A DNA stretch of 59,750 nt, from the NCBI GenBank assembly GCA_022841985.1, contig JALHQL010000007.1, forward strand, positions 1 through 59,750, written 5' to 3'. The notes under the pieces are model-generated. The model saw only the letters and a program-made list of their open reading frames with translations, was not told the DNA's origin and made no database searches. This document shows, piece by piece, positions 26,318 through 36,730 of the stretch; the stretch's first letter is position 1; the number at the start of each line of letters is the position of its first letter. The DNA comes from Minisyncoccota bacterium. Lineage in GTDB: Bacteria; Patescibacteriota; Minisyncoccia; Phycocordibacterales; Phycocordibacteraceae. Made by a program: the position numbers and the translations under genes.

Positions 26318-28798
26318 CTATAGGGCAACCATCGAGGCGATCGAGTCCCCTTCGCGCATTTTCATGATGCGAACGCCCTGGGTGGCACGAGAAAGCAGAG
26401 AAATTTCTGCGACTGAGGTGCGTATCACCTGCCCCTTCTTCGAGACAACAACGAGTTCTTCGTCTTCGAGATTGCCGGAGACGACTCGCGCTCCGATTAT
26501 CTCGCCGGTCTTCGGCGTGACTTCTGCAGTCTTGATGCCCGAGCCGCCACGGCCCTGCACTTTGTATTCAGACATCTTCGTGCGCTTGCCGTAGCCCTTG
26601 CTCATGATGACGAGGAGCGATGCGTCTTTCGATTCAAGAGCGGAAATGACTTCTGCCGAGACGACGCGGTCGCCTTTTCGGACGCTCATGCCGCGCACGC
26701 CGCCCGCCGTGCGACCCATTTCGCGCACATCTTCGGCTTCAAAACGAATACTCTGACCTTTTGAGGTCACGATAGACACTGTGTCACCATCCGCAGCGAG
26801 ATTAGCAGAGACGAGCGTATCGCCCTTCTTCAGATTGATAGCGATGATGCCGGAGCGGCGCACATCTGCAAAACTTTTAGCGGCGACACGCTTCACCACA
26901 CCTTCGTTTGTCACAAAAACGATAGACGAGGCATCGAGCGCTGCCCCCTTCGGTACTGCAAGCACGCTCGTCACCGACTCGTCGCCTGCAAGCGGAAGGA
27001 AATTCATGATGCTCTTACCTTTAGTTGCACGCTTCCCTTCTGGAATCTCATACATCTTGATCTGGTATGCTTTGCCGAAATTCGTAAAGAAAAGTAGATC
27101 ACTGTGTGCCGAAGTCACGAGGAAATGAGTCACGATGTCTTCCTCTTTCGTCGCGATATCGACGACGCCGACGCCGCCGCGCTTCTGCTTGCGGTATTCG
27201 CTCGGATTTGTCCGCTTCACATAGCCGCCCTCAGTGAGCACGAGCATTGATTCTTCGTCCGGCACAAGATCTTCAACGGAAATGTTCTGTACGCCGCCAC
27301 GCATCACTTTCGTACGTCGGTCGTCGCCGTATTTTTCTGCGAGCTCCACGAGCTCCGACTTCACTACCGCGAGGATCTTTTTTATGGAGGAAAGTATCTC
27401 TTTCAATTTCTTGATTAAAGCCTGCACTTCGGTGAGTTCATCCTCAATCTTTTTCCGCTCAAGTCCTGCGAGTTTTGACAGGCGCATCTCGAGAATAGCA
27501 GCGGCCTGAAGCACTGAGAAGCCAAATTTCTTCTGGAGCGCCGCACTGGCTGTCGGCACATCTGCAGCTTTCTTGATAATCGCAATGACCTCGTCGATAT
27601 GATCAAGCGCCTTCGATAGACCCAGAAGAATGTGTTCGCGTGCTTCTGCCTGTCGCAGATCGAATTCGGTGCGGCGCTTCACTACCTCCTGACGATGCTT
27701 AACGAAATGTCCGAGCATACCCGAGAGCGAGAGCATCTCTGGCACGCCATCGACGAGCGCGAGCATATTGTAGTGAAAGGTACTCTCGAGATCAGTGTGT
27801 TTATACAGAGCGTTCAAAACCGCCTGTGGATGCGCAGTACCCTTAAGCTCAACGACGACGCGAATATCCGACGTGGACTCATCGCGCAAATCGCGGATAC
27901 CTTCGAGCTTCTTCTCTTGCACCAAGTCGGCGATGCGCGTAATGAGCTCGCTCTTATTTACACGATACGGGATGGAAGTGATGATGATGCGCATGTCCTT
28001 TTTCCCATCGTCGATAATTTCCGCTTCGCCACGTACGACGACCGGACCTTTGCCCGTACTATACGCATGTCGAATATCCGTTTGATTGAATGCAACTCCG
28101 CCGAGCGGGAAATCAGGACCTTTCACAAATTGAAGCAAGTCCTCGGTCGTCGCCTCCGGATTCTCAATAAGATGAACAGTCGCAGCGACAACTTCGCGGA
28201 GATTGTGCGGCGGAATATTGGTTGCCATACCCACAGCAATGCCAAGTGTGCCGTTCAAAAGAAGATTCGGCAGAGCAGCAGGAAGCACATTCGGTTCATC
28301 GCGTGTCGCGTCGTAGTTCGGGACCCAAGAGACAGTCTCTTTATCAAGATCCGTAAGAAGCGCGTCGGCGACGCGCGACATCTTCGCCTCGGTGTAGCGC
28401 ATGGCAGCCGGCGAATCACCGTCGATGGACCCGAAGTTTCCTTGTCCCAAAACAAGCGGGTAACGATATGAAAATTCCTGAGCCATTTTTGCCATCGAGT
28501 CATAGACGGCGACATCACCATGCGGATGGTACTTGCCGAGCACTTCTCCAACTACCGTGGCGCTCTTGCGGAACTTCGAACCTGGCACAAGCCCCATGTC
28601 CTTCATCGCGTAGAGAATGCGACGATGCACAGGCTTCAAACCATCGCGCACATCCGGCAGAGCGCGCGCAGTGATCACCGACATTGCGTAGTCGAGATAC
28701 GACGTGCGCATCTCAGCTACAATCGGCTGGTCGATGACATTTGCAGCGACGGAAGTCGCTGCAGCATCCTTCTTTGTATCTTCTTTCCCACGAGCCAT
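26318..28798 (-). CDS. gyrA: DNA gyrase subunit A
   Basis: [36 protein letters not shown] (catalytic Tyr), and C-terminal beta-pinwheel repeats. Confidence 0.97.
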   Translation of the reverse strand: MARGKEDTKKDAAATSVAANVIDQPIVAEMRTSYLDYAMSVITARALPDVRDGLKPVHRRILYAMKDMGLVPGSKFRKSATVVGEVLGKYHPHGDVAVYDSMAKMAQEFSYRYPLVLGQGNFGSIDGDSPAAMRYTEAKMSRVADALLTDLDKETVSWVPNYDATRDEPNVLPAALPNLLLNGTLGIAVGMATNIPPHNLREVVAATVHLIENPEATTEDLLQFVKGPDFPLGGVAFNQTDIRHAYSTGKGPVVVRGEAEIIDDGKKDMRIIITSIPYRVNKSELITRIADLVQEKKLEGIRDLRDESTSDIRVVVELKGTAHPQAVLNALYKHTDLESTFHYNMLALVDGVPEMLSLSGMLGHFVKHRQEVVKRRTEFDLRQAEAREHILLGLSKALDHIDEVIAIIKKAADVPTASAALQKKFGFSVLQAAAILEMRLSKLAGLERKKIEDELTEVQALIKKLKEILSSIKKILAVVKSELVELAEKYGDDRRTKVMRGGVQNISVEDLVPDEESMLVLTEGGYVKRTNPSEYRKQKRGGVGVVDIATKEEDIVTHFLVTSAHSDLLFFTNFGKAYQIKMYEIPEGKRATKGKSIMNFLPLAGDESVTSVLAVPKGAALDASSIVFVTNEGVVKRVAAKSFADVRRSGIIAINLKKGDTLVSANLAADGDTVSIVTSKGQSIRFEAEDVREMGRTAGGVRGMSVRKGDRVVSAEVISALESKDASLLVIMSKGYGKRTKMSEYKVQGRGGSGIKTAEVTPKTGEIIGARVVSGNLEDEELVVVSKKGQVIRTSVAEISLLSRATQGVRIMKMREGDSIASMVAL

Positions 28799-28816
28799 AC
28801 TGATTCAATTATGTAT

Positions 28817-29167
28817 TTAAAAAGGCAGAATCGTCTGCTCGACCTGTTTCGTTTTCTGTGTCGAAGAGGCCACATCAACAATTTCAATACGCGCCGGCGC
28901 TGACGAATCTCGAATCGCTGCTGCGGCACCTGCAACATTCTGGTTTCCGCGATCGGCGGCAGCCATCACCACTGACTCTTCTTTTGTACTATCTGCAAAT
29001 GAAGTGTTCTTGAGGGCAAACGCGTTTGAGCTTACCGACTGCACAAACCATACGAGAGCGATAAGCGTAGCACCGCTCGCCGCCGCCCCAAAGGCGACTC
29101 GCTTGCGCACATGATGCGGCTTCCCTTTCACCTGTTCAATATGATCGAAAATGCTTTTCATAGACAA
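28817..29167 (-). CDS. small membrane-anchored hypothetical protein
   Basis: 116 aa, one TM (AFGAAASGATLIALVWFV), tightly packed between the MBL-fold gene and gyrA. Confidence 0.55.
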   Translation of the reverse strand: MSMKSIFDHIEQVKGKPHHVRKRVAFGAAASGATLIALVWFVQSVSSNAFALKNTSFADSTKEESVVMAAADRGNQNVAGAAAAIRDSSAPARIEIVDVASSTQKTKQVEQTILPF

Positions 29168-29809
29168 TTATGGGGTTATCACTAGTATACTCCCATCTTT
29201 ACCGACCAGATCTTTCTTTTTCAATGTGAGCTTATCCACTTTCTCGCCATTGTTCCCCGACGCCTTCAAAAAGGCTTCCAGTGATTTCGGCTCTCCGATA
29301 CCGTTCCAATGCATCGGAACAACAATTTTCGGTTCGAGCGATACGACCAATTCGTGTGCCGCTGCTGGGGTCAATACACCTTCACCGCCAATCGGCACAA
29401 AGAGAACATCTATTTCGTCAATGCTCTCGCGAGCTTCTTTCGAAAGTTCTTTGTCGGCAAGTGCACCGAGATGCACGAGCGTCATGTCTTCGAGCTCAAC
29501 CATATAGATAGTATTGACCGCCTCAGTCTGACCCTTTGCAAGTCCATACGCGCTACGAGATAAAAATCCCTGAATGATAACACCTTGGCGTTCGTACTCT
29601 CCCGGACCGGCGATAACAAAAGGAGTCTTTTCTCCGTACATAACTTCTTCGGCGCCGTTCATGTCCGGATGATTGCGCGAAATGAGCGCGATATCAGCAC
29701 CAAAGCGAACCGGGGACAATGTTCCGCCCTTAGCAATAGGATCGAAAACAACAGTCAAATCACCGAGAGTTACTTTGAAACACTGCCCGCCGTGATGTGT
29801 GATAACCAT
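29168..29809 (-). CDS. MBL-fold metal-dependent hydrolase family protein (UPF0173-like)
   Basis: MVITHHGGQCFKV...VVFDP...ALISRNHPDMNG...VVPMHW follows the layout of short beta-lactamase-fold hydrolases. Confidence 0.7.
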   Translation of the reverse strand: MVITHHGGQCFKVTLGDLTVVFDPIAKGGTLSPVRFGADIALISRNHPDMNGAEEVMYGEKTPFVIAGPGEYERQGVIIQGFLSRSAYGLAKGQTEAVNTIYMVELEDMTLVHLGALADKELSKEARESIDEIDVLFVPIGGEGVLTPAAAHELVVSLEPKIVVPMHWNGIGEPKSLEAFLKASGNNGEKVDKLTLKKKDLVGKDGSILVITP

Positions 29810-29950
29810 ACGATACGCCTATTCTAGCATTTTCTTGCTTCATTTGCTATAGTAATTCCGTTGTGTGCTGGAGAAGTTAGGGAGGCGTTAACCCTGAGTT
29901 CCGAAAGGAACCAGTACCCTTCTCGAAAATCCGCACCGCTTTATATAATT

Positions 29951-31069
29951 ATGTCTGAAGAAAAGAAGGCTGCCGTGCCGGTTGCGACCATCCATGTACC
30001 GGAAGGTCACCCAATGAAGGACCTGGTGGATGCTATTCCGATGCCGCCCGGTGTAGGCGATCTCGTCGAAGGCACGATTATCGCGATCAATCGCGGTCGC
30101 GTTTACATTGACCTTGCCCCCTTCGGCACTGGTCTCATCTACGGCCGCGAATACTTAAACGCCGCAGACGTACTGCGCAAGGCGAATCAGGGCGACATCA
30201 TCAGCGCGAAAGTCGTCGATCCTGCTGGTCGCGAAGGCTACATTGAGCTCTCTCTCAAGGAAGCGCGACAAGCGGCCATCTGGGGCGAGGCTGAGACAGC
30301 GATCCTCTCGCAGACGCCGTACTCGCTCATTGTTGAGGAGGCGAACAAAGGCGGCCTTATTCTTTCTTGGCAAGGTATTCCCGGATTTCTCCCTGCTTCG
30401 CAACTCTCCAAAGAGCACTATCCGCGCGTACCGGAAGGCGATAAAGAGAAAATTCTTGGCGAGCTCATGCGACTCATTGGACACTCGCTTTCGGTGCGTA
30501 TCATTACCGCCGATGCAAAGGAGGGCAAACTCATTTTCTCAGAACGCACGACAAACGAAGCTGAAGAGAAGGCATCGCTTATCGATAAGTACCAGGTTGG
30601 CGATACCGCCTCTGGCGAAGTGACGGGCATCGTCGATTTCGGTGTCTTTGTGAAGATTGAACCAGGACTCGAAGGCCTCGTGCACATCAGCGAGCTCGAC
30701 TGGGGCCTTGTCGAGAACCCACACACTCTCTTCAATGTCGGCGACCGCGTCACGGTCAAGATTATCGAAATAAAGGATGGGAAAGTCTCGTTCTCTATTA
30801 AGGCACTTAAAGAAAATCCATGGCACACTGCCGCCGAACGCTATTCCAAAGGAATGGAAGTTCCCGGTGTTGTTATCAAATACAACAAGCATGGTGCGCT
30901 CGCATCTATCGAGGAGGGCGTTGCGGGTCTTGTGCATGTCGGCGAATTTAAGACTCCCGCAGAGTTGCGCGAGACGCTCGAACTTGGCAAGACATATCCG
31001 TTCACCATCTCTCTCTTTGAACCAAAAGATCAGCGCATGACGCTCACCTACGCAGGAAAGAAAAAATAG
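29951..31069 (+). CDS. rpsA: 30S ribosomal protein S1 (four S1 domains)
   Basis: Start moved to MSEEKKAAV (ATG 29951). Repeated S1/OB motifs are present (GDLVEGTIIAI.., GDIISAKVV.., GDTASGEVTGIVDFGVFVKI..GLVHISEL, MEVPGVVIKYNKHGALASI..GLVHVGEF). Confidence 0.9.
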   Translation: MSEEKKAAVPVATIHVPEGHPMKDLVDAIPMPPGVGDLVEGTIIAINRGRVYIDLAPFGTGLIYGREYLNAADVLRKANQGDIISAKVVDPAGREGYIELSLKEARQAAIWGEAETAILSQTPYSLIVEEANKGGLILSWQGIPGFLPASQLSKEHYPRVPEGDKEKILGELMRLIGHSLSVRIITADAKEGKLIFSERTTNEAEEKASLIDKYQVGDTASGEVTGIVDFGVFVKIEPGLEGLVHISELDWGLVENPHTLFNVGDRVTVKIIEIKDGKVSFSIKALKENPWHTAAERYSKGMEVPGVVIKYNKHGALASIEEGVAGLVHVGEFKTPAELRETLELGKTYPFTISLFEPKDQRMTLTYAGKKK

Positions 31070-31085
31070 CTTCGCAAGAGGGAGC

Positions 31086-31126
31086 AAAAAATACGTGGCG
31101 ACCTTATAGGTCGCCACGTATTTTTA
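31086..31126. terminator. bidirectional rho-independent terminator (rpsA / pth)
   Basis: aaaaa-atacgtggcgacct-tat-aggtcgccacgtat-ttttt. Confidence 0.8.
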
Positions 31127-31135
31127 ATGTGTACT

Positions 31136-31732
31136 TTACCGAGTATTCGCAAACATTGTCGCCGATTCGATGCCTTCAGTTGCAAAGAGGCGCACCGCTT
31201 CGGTAACTTTCTTCAACACTTTTTTAACAGTCGCCTCTTCGGCCGGTTTCCATTTACCAATCACAAGCTTGATAACTTTTTCTTCGCCCGAAACTTTTTT
31301 CGCTTGATTCTGCTTCCCTACTCCTGAAATACCGATGCGAATGCGAGCAAAATCTTTTGTCTTCACCGCGCGCATGATGCTCTCGACGCCTTTGTGTCCG
31401 CCGCTACCGCGCCCGAAGACCATTTTTATAGTACCGAGCGGTAGATCGAGATCATCATGTACAACAAGAAGGTTCTTCGCCGCTTTCGGGCTCTTCACAA
31501 ATGCGCTTACTGCCTTCCCCGAGAGATTCATCATCGTCTCTGGCAGCACGAGCGTCGCATTTTCACTACCGATCGCACCTTTGCCGACGAGCGCATTCGT
31601 CGTCTTATTGAAAACGAACTCCGCAAAGCCTTCTTGCTTCGCGACAAGCTCCACAGCACTCCTCCCGGCATTGTGCCGCGTCTTTTCGTACTCCTTTCCC
31701 GGATTCCCAAGGCCAACAATGACAATTGACAT
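31136..31732 (-). CDS. pth: peptidyl-tRNA hydrolase
   Basis: Start moved to MSIVIVGLGNPGKEYEKTRHNAG (ATG 31732). Also LVVHDDLDLPLG and GGHKG. Confidence 0.93.
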   Translation of the reverse strand: MSIVIVGLGNPGKEYEKTRHNAGRSAVELVAKQEGFAEFVFNKTTNALVGKGAIGSENATLVLPETMMNLSGKAVSAFVKSPKAAKNLLVVHDDLDLPLGTIKMVFGRGSGGHKGVESIMRAVKTKDFARIRIGISGVGKQNQAKKVSGEEKVIKLVIGKWKPAEEATVKKVLKKVTEAVRLFATEGIESATMFANTR

Positions 31733-31796
31733 ACTGGAATCGTAGCATATTCGGGAAAAAACTTGCGCGCGGAAAAGCGAAGCGTACAATGCATGC

Positions 31797-32387
31797 ATGA
31801 AAGATACTGGAAAGGGTCTTCTGAAGGATCTTTTCACGCTTGCGTTCCTTATCATCGTCGTGGTCATTCCAATTCGCGTCTTCATAGTCTCACCTTTCGT
31901 TGTTGACGGCGCATCAATGCATCCGACCTTTAAGCATCTTGACTATCTCATCATCGATGAGTTTCTCTACTACTTCAAGACACCCGAACGGGGTGACGTC
32001 ATTGTGTTCCGTTATCCAAGCAATCCTTCCATCTTCTACGTCAAACGCATTATCGGACTCCCGGGCGAAACAGTCTCTATCAATCGCGGCGTAGTCACCA
32101 TCACCACCACCTCTGGGGAAAAAATCGGGCTTAGCGAGCCCTATATCGTGAATGAAGATGCTACCTATACGAAAAATACATCTCTCAATTCAGAAGAGTA
32201 TTTCGTCATGGGTGATAATCGGCCCAATAGCTCTGATTCGCGCATCTGGGGCCCCCTCCCGAGAAAGAACATCATCGGCCGAGTCGATCTGCGAATTCTA
32301 CCCATTAAGCAAAGTGGCTTCTTCCCAGGAAAAGCAACCTACGAAACCTCCTCGAGGGTAAGTACTACAACCCTCAAAGCGTCATGA
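31797..32387 (+). CDS. lepB: signal peptidase I
   Basis: VDGASMHPTF (Ser box), GDVIVF, YVKRIIGLPGE (Lys box), VMGDNRPNSSDSR. Confidence 0.93.
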   Translation: MKDTGKGLLKDLFTLAFLIIVVVIPIRVFIVSPFVVDGASMHPTFKHLDYLIIDEFLYYFKTPERGDVIVFRYPSNPSIFYVKRIIGLPGETVSINRGVVTITTTSGEKIGLSEPYIVNEDATYTKNTSLNSEEYFVMGDNRPNSSDSRIWGPLPRKNIIGRVDLRILPIKQSGFFPGKATYETSSRVSTTTLKAS

Positions 32388-33526
32388 TGCGTAACACCAT
32401 TCCAGCGGAAGAAATTTTGAACAAGGCTCACGCGGTCGGACAATACTATGGATTCACACCACTTTCAGCTCTCACGGCTCTTTCCCGCGGAAACGCCCAA
32501 AAAAATATAGAACACCCGGAAGCTCTCTCTCGTCTTGGAGATGATACGGTCGCCGAGATAGTTTCGAGCTTTCTGAAGCGATGCCAGCGCGTACAGTTCT
32601 CACCCTCATCGCGACAGCCATTATTCGTTTGGCATACGAACATCGCTCCTGGACGCCCAGCACCGAAAAAAGTGGTCGTGCAACTCCACGCACTCGGTAC
32701 GGACCATGCGCTCGCAGACGCCGTCATCATTCGCGCACTCCTTGCGCTCTCTCGCGACCTTTTTCACGAAGAACCTGTCGTGCGTATCAATTCTATGGGC
32801 GATAAGGAAACCCGCGCGCGCTATGCGCGAGAACTTGGAAACTTCTTCAAGAAACGCGGGAGTACCCTCCCTGAAGAATGCATCGCTTGCTCAAAACAGG
32901 ATATCTTTCTTGCTGCCGAGCTTGCTATAGCACGCGAATGTGCGGAATATTTGCCAGCGCCGACCGAACATCTTTCAGACGCCAGCCGCAAACGCTTTGA
33001 AGATCTGCTTGAATACCTAGAAATGACCGAAACGCCGTATGAGCTTGCGCGCAATCTCATCAGCCGAGGCAATGTCTGGAACGACACTTGTTTTGAGCTA
33101 GTTCTTGGTGGACAACGCGTAGCATGGGGTTCGCACTATGGTGATTTTACTCGCCACTTCTTTCCTGCACCGTTCAGTGCGACCGGAGCGGTTCTTCAGA
33201 TACCAGGTACCGGTTCGGTGGTAAAGAAGACTGCGCCCACCAACATGCGATTCTCCTTTGTGCATATCGGGGATGAAGCGAAACGGCTCTCGTTCCGTCT
33301 CGCTGAAGACTTCCGCAAAGCGCGTATTTCATTGACCCAAAATATCGGCATTGAGTCCCTGACCGAACAGCTCCATCTCGCTGAGCGTCGCGAGAGTCCC
33401 TATCTCCTCATCATGGGACGCAAGGAAGCTCTTGAAGGCTCCGCGATCCTGCGCAATCGACAAACTCAGGAAGAAACCGTCCTCCCTCTCTCCGGCATCA
33501 TCGAACGTCTGAAGGCGGTGACATAA
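32384..33526 (+). CDS. histidyl-tRNA-synthetase-like protein with degenerate class II motifs
   Basis: The overall HisRS/HisZ layout is present: N-terminal YYGFTPLS, and a C-terminal anticodon-binding-like YLLIMGRKEALEGSAILRNRQTQEE. Motif 2 (expected fRYERPQxGRxRqF) reads WHTNIAPGRPAPKKVVVQLHALG. GGRYD reads GSHYGDF. Confidence 0.65.
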   Translation: MMRNTIPAEEILNKAHAVGQYYGFTPLSALTALSRGNAQKNIEHPEALSRLGDDTVAEIVSSFLKRCQRVQFSPSSRQPLFVWHTNIAPGRPAPKKVVVQLHALGTDHALADAVIIRALLALSRDLFHEEPVVRINSMGDKETRARYARELGNFFKKRGSTLPEECIACSKQDIFLAAELAIARECAEYLPAPTEHLSDASRKRFEDLLEYLEMTETPYELARNLISRGNVWNDTCFELVLGGQRVAWGSHYGDFTRHFFPAPFSATGAVLQIPGTGSVVKKTAPTNMRFSFVHIGDEAKRLSFRLAEDFRKARISLTQNIGIESLTEQLHLAERRESPYLLIMGRKEALEGSAILRNRQTQEETVLPLSGIIERLKAVT

Positions 33527-33578
33527 TAACGGTACGCAGTAGACAATGGTAGTCTCAGTGTGCTAAAGTCCTTCCATC

Positions 33579-33851
33579 ATGACAGCAGGCACACGAGTTG
33601 AGGTCCGTCGCGGAAAGAACGAAAGTTCGACCGCGCTTATTCGCCGCTTTACCCGCAGAGCGCAGGGTCTTGGCATCGTGCGCGAAGTACGCAATGGTCG
33701 CTACTTTGAGCGCATAAAATCAAAGAACGTCGGCCACAAGCGCGCGCTCATCTCCAAAGTACGCCGCGAGACATACAACGAGCTCGTAAAACTCGGTAAA
33801 ATTGACCCCGCAGCGAAAAAGAGTGCGCACGGAAAGGGCGGCAAGCGCTAG
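33579..33851 (+). CDS. rpsU: 30S ribosomal protein S21
   Basis: VEVRRGKNESSTALIRRFTRRAQGLGIVREVRNGRYFERIKSKN matches the S21 pattern, with a basic tail. Confidence 0.85.
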   Translation: MTAGTRVEVRRGKNESSTALIRRFTRRAQGLGIVREVRNGRYFERIKSKNVGHKRALISKVRRETYNELVKLGKIDPAAKKSAHGKGGKR

Positions 33852-33855
33852 ACGA

Positions 33856-34305
33856 ATGCCGGGCGTTTCAATTAAGAACCTCACACGGCGCAAAAGCATA
33901 CCGCGTTTTGCGTATACCGCGATTGCGGCAAACGCACTCCCGGGCTGGGATATTTCGCTCGTCTTTGTCACTCCCGCAAAAGCTCGTGCCCTAAACGAAC
34001 AAATGCGCGGAAAGACCTATGTGCCAAACGTGCTTTCCTACGCTCTCGGCAGAAAAAGCGGCGAAATTATCATTTGCTTGAACGAGGCAGAAAAACAGGC
34101 TCTTTCATATGGCATGAGCGCACGAACATTTACCCTCTATCTGTTTATCCACGGCGTACTGCATATAAAAGGATGGGTACATGGTGCTAGGATGGAACAA
34201 TGCGAACGAAATCTTTTAGCGCGTTATGAAACGACGCATAGCCACCGGCATCGACATCGGCACGTACCAAGTAAAGATAGTAGTGACCGAGGAACTCATC
34301 GATAA
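33856..34305 (+). CDS. ybeY: rRNA maturation endoribonuclease YbeY
   Basis: Start moved to MPGVSIKN (ATG 33856). HGVLHIKGWVHG corresponds to the HGxLHLxGYDH zinc motif. The 3' 80 nt overlap ftsA (His/Arg-rich tail). Confidence 0.8.
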   Translation: MPGVSIKNLTRRKSIPRFAYTAIAANALPGWDISLVFVTPAKARALNEQMRGKTYVPNVLSYALGRKSGEIIICLNEAEKQALSYGMSARTFTLYLFIHGVLHIKGWVHGARMEQCERNLLARYETTHSHRHRHRHVPSKDSSDRGTHR

Positions 34306-35386
34306 GCGCTCCGGCGCGCGGCAGGTACACATCCTCGGTACCGGTCTCGCCGAATCAAAAGGGCTTCGTCATGGCTATATCGTCAATACTGAGGAAGTTA
34401 CTGCGAGCATCCTTGAGGCAAAACGGCAAGCGGAGGCTGCCGCCCGCATCCCATTGCACACCGGATTTCTTGCGGTCGGCGGTATCTCGCTCGACGAGGC
34501 TCGTGCGACTGGTTTTGCCATCATCTCCCGTGCCGACCAAGAGATAACGGTTCTTGATCTTGAAAAAGCCGGGAAAGCAGCGCGCGAAGCTGCTGCTCCC
34601 GGATTCTTAAACCGACACGTCCTCCACAGTATCCCGATTGAATATCGCATTGATAGCGCCAAGGTGCTTGGTGATCCTCTTGGCATGAAAGGCGTTCGAC
34701 TTGAAGTCGACTATCTTTTCATCACCTGCCTTACGCAACACCAAGAAGCACTCGCCAAAGCAGTCGAAGACGCTGATATAGAAATTGTCGATCAGATGGC
34801 TTCCCCGCTTGCGGGCTCCTACGTACTTCTCGAAGGTGACCAGAAGATGAAAGGCTGCGTGCTTGCGAATATCGGAGCGGAAACGGTTTCAATCGTTGTC
34901 TACGATGAAGGCATCCCCATTTCAGTAAAAGTATTTCCTATAGGCTCGAGCCATATCACTGACGACATCGCGCTCGGATTCCGCATCTCGCTCGAGGAGG
35001 CTGAACGCGTCAAAGTCGGTAGACTCTCGGGACAAATGTATCCACGCAAAAAAATCGATGATCTCATTTCAAGCCGCCTGAACACAATGTTCATGCTTAT
35101 CGACAAGCATCTTAAATCACTCGGACGCCGCGGCCCTCTGCCCGCCGGCATCATTATTTCCGGTGGCGGTGCGGGCGCCGGCTCTATCAGTGATATTGCA
35201 AAAGGATCTCTCAAGCTTCCTGCGCGCCTCGCAGAATTTCGTCTCTCTGCCGATACAAAGATTCGCGATGCGACATGGGCAGTCGCCTATGGTCTCGCGC
35301 TCTGGGGGCTCACGGGCGACACCAATGCGCCAAAGAAAAATTTCAGTACTACGGTCACAAAGTTTTTGCAACAATTCCTACCCTGA
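34226..35386 (+). CDS. ftsA: cell division protein FtsA
   Basis: IATGIDIGTYQVKIVV, actin-fold phosphate motifs (VLANIGAETVSIVVY, IIISGGGAG), located directly upstream of ftsZ. Confidence 0.92.
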   Translation: MKRRIATGIDIGTYQVKIVVTEELIDKRSGARQVHILGTGLAESKGLRHGYIVNTEEVTASILEAKRQAEAAARIPLHTGFLAVGGISLDEARATGFAIISRADQEITVLDLEKAGKAAREAAAPGFLNRHVLHSIPIEYRIDSAKVLGDPLGMKGVRLEVDYLFITCLTQHQEALAKAVEDADIEIVDQMASPLAGSYVLLEGDQKMKGCVLANIGAETVSIVVYDEGIPISVKVFPIGSSHITDDIALGFRISLEEAERVKVGRLSGQMYPRKKIDDLISSRLNTMFMLIDKHLKSLGRRGPLPAGIIISGGGAGAGSISDIAKGSLKLPARLAEFRLSADTKIRDATWAVAYGLALWGLTGDTNAPKKNFSTTVTKFLQQFLP

Positions 35387-35464
35387 ACGATGGATTGCAT
35401 CCATGGATTGTCAATATTTGCATACTGTCAGATTCTGGTATCATAGCGAAATCGCACCCTAAGT

Positions 35465-36724
35465 ATGTCAAAACGCGTTGAACCAGAAGTTGAGACGTTT
35501 GCACGGATCCGCGTGGTCGGTGTAGGCGGTTCTGGCAAGAACGCACTTAACCACATGATCGAGTCGAAAGTCCGCGGGGTCGAGTTTGTCGCTGTCAATT
35601 CCGACGCCCAGGACCTCCACCGTTCCCTTGCTAAGCGCAAAATTCATATTGGCAAGAATTTAACACGAGGACTCGGCACTGGCATGAACCCTGAGCTTGG
35701 CAAACGCGCGGCCGAAGAGACACGCCAAGAGATCCAAGAAGCGCTCTCGGGAAGCGATATGGTCTTCATCACCTGCGGCATGGGTGGTGGCACTGGCACC
35801 GGTGCATCTGCCATCGTCGCGAAGATTGCTAAAGAAGTCGGAGCGCTCGTTATCGCGGTCGTCACAAAACCTTTCTCTTTTGAAGGAGTACAACGTAAAG
35901 ATATTGCCGAACGCGGACTTGCCGAGCTTAAAAAGGAAGTTGATGCGTTTATCGTTATCCCAAACGACAAGCTGCTTGCTATCGTCGACAAAGAAACATC
36001 TGCGAAGAGTGCCTTTGCCATGTGCGATGAGATACTCCGCCAGGCGGTCGAGGGAGTGTCCGATATCATCACTATGCCAGGCGAGATAAATACCGACTTC
36101 AACGATATCAAAGCGATTATGGAAGGCGCTGGTCCCGCATTGATGGGTATCGGCATCGCTGAAGGCGATGATCGCGCCCGGGAAGCTGCATCACGCGCGG
36201 TCAATTCCCCTCTTCTTGATGTCTCCATTTCGGGCGCCAAAGGTATTCTCTTTGTCGTCGCCGGTTCTGAGGATCTTGGCATCATGGAAGTGCAGGAGGC
36301 TGCAAAAGTCATCAATGAGTCCGTCGATAGAAATGCAAAGGTCATTTTCGGTATTATGCGGGATGAAAAACTCAAGAAAGGCCAAATTCGCATTATTGTT
36401 ATCGCAACCGGTTTTCCGGAAAGCGCAGCGCACGCAACAGGTACCAGTACCAGCACGGAGCGTTCTCTTTTTGCAGTACCTACCGAACGTCGAGAGGAAG
36501 AACATGGTCGGATTTATCATGAAATCTTGAAGCGCGAGATTCCTGAAAATAAGATCGAAAAGAAAGAATTCGTGCAAAGTGATTTCAATAAAGGAAAAGA
36601 AACAGCAAAAGAAGAGCCCATCGTGACGGCAACACCTCAAAAACGAGAAGAGGTAGCACCTGCACTCGAAGACGATACGACGTGGGGTGCGATTCCAGAA
36701 TTCCTGCGCAGACACAAAAAATAG
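35465..36724 (+). CDS. ftsZ: cell division protein FtsZ
   Basis: IRVVGVGGSGKNALNHM, GKNLTRGLGTGMNPELG, ITCGMGGGTGTGAS, NTDFNDI. The C-terminal tail ends ...WGAIPEFLRRHKK. Confidence 0.97.
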   Translation: MSKRVEPEVETFARIRVVGVGGSGKNALNHMIESKVRGVEFVAVNSDAQDLHRSLAKRKIHIGKNLTRGLGTGMNPELGKRAAEETRQEIQEALSGSDMVFITCGMGGGTGTGASAIVAKIAKEVGALVIAVVTKPFSFEGVQRKDIAERGLAELKKEVDAFIVIPNDKLLAIVDKETSAKSAFAMCDEILRQAVEGVSDIITMPGEINTDFNDIKAIMEGAGPALMGIGIAEGDDRAREAASRAVNSPLLDVSISGAKGILFVVAGSEDLGIMEVQEAAKVINESVDRNAKVIFGIMRDEKLKKGQIRIIVIATGFPESAAHATGTSTSTERSLFAVPTERREEEHGRIYHEILKREIPENKIEKKEFVQSDFNKGKETAKEEPIVTATPQKREEVAPALEDDTTWGAIPEFLRRHKK

Positions 36725-36730
36725 AGTCCA

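Noticed and set aside
27632-28471. 279-aa plus-strand ORF
   Set aside because: It is antisense to gyrA. The composition is Arg/His-rich and low complexity, with no motifs.
34226-34305. 80-nt overlap of ybeY 3' end with ftsA 5' end as a possible frameshift or mis-assembly
   Set aside because: Both frames are individually well supported, by the YbeY zinc motif upstream and the canonical FtsA N-terminus. The overlap only adds a His/Arg-rich tail to YbeY. Long overlaps are common in compact genomes, and nothing indicates an error.
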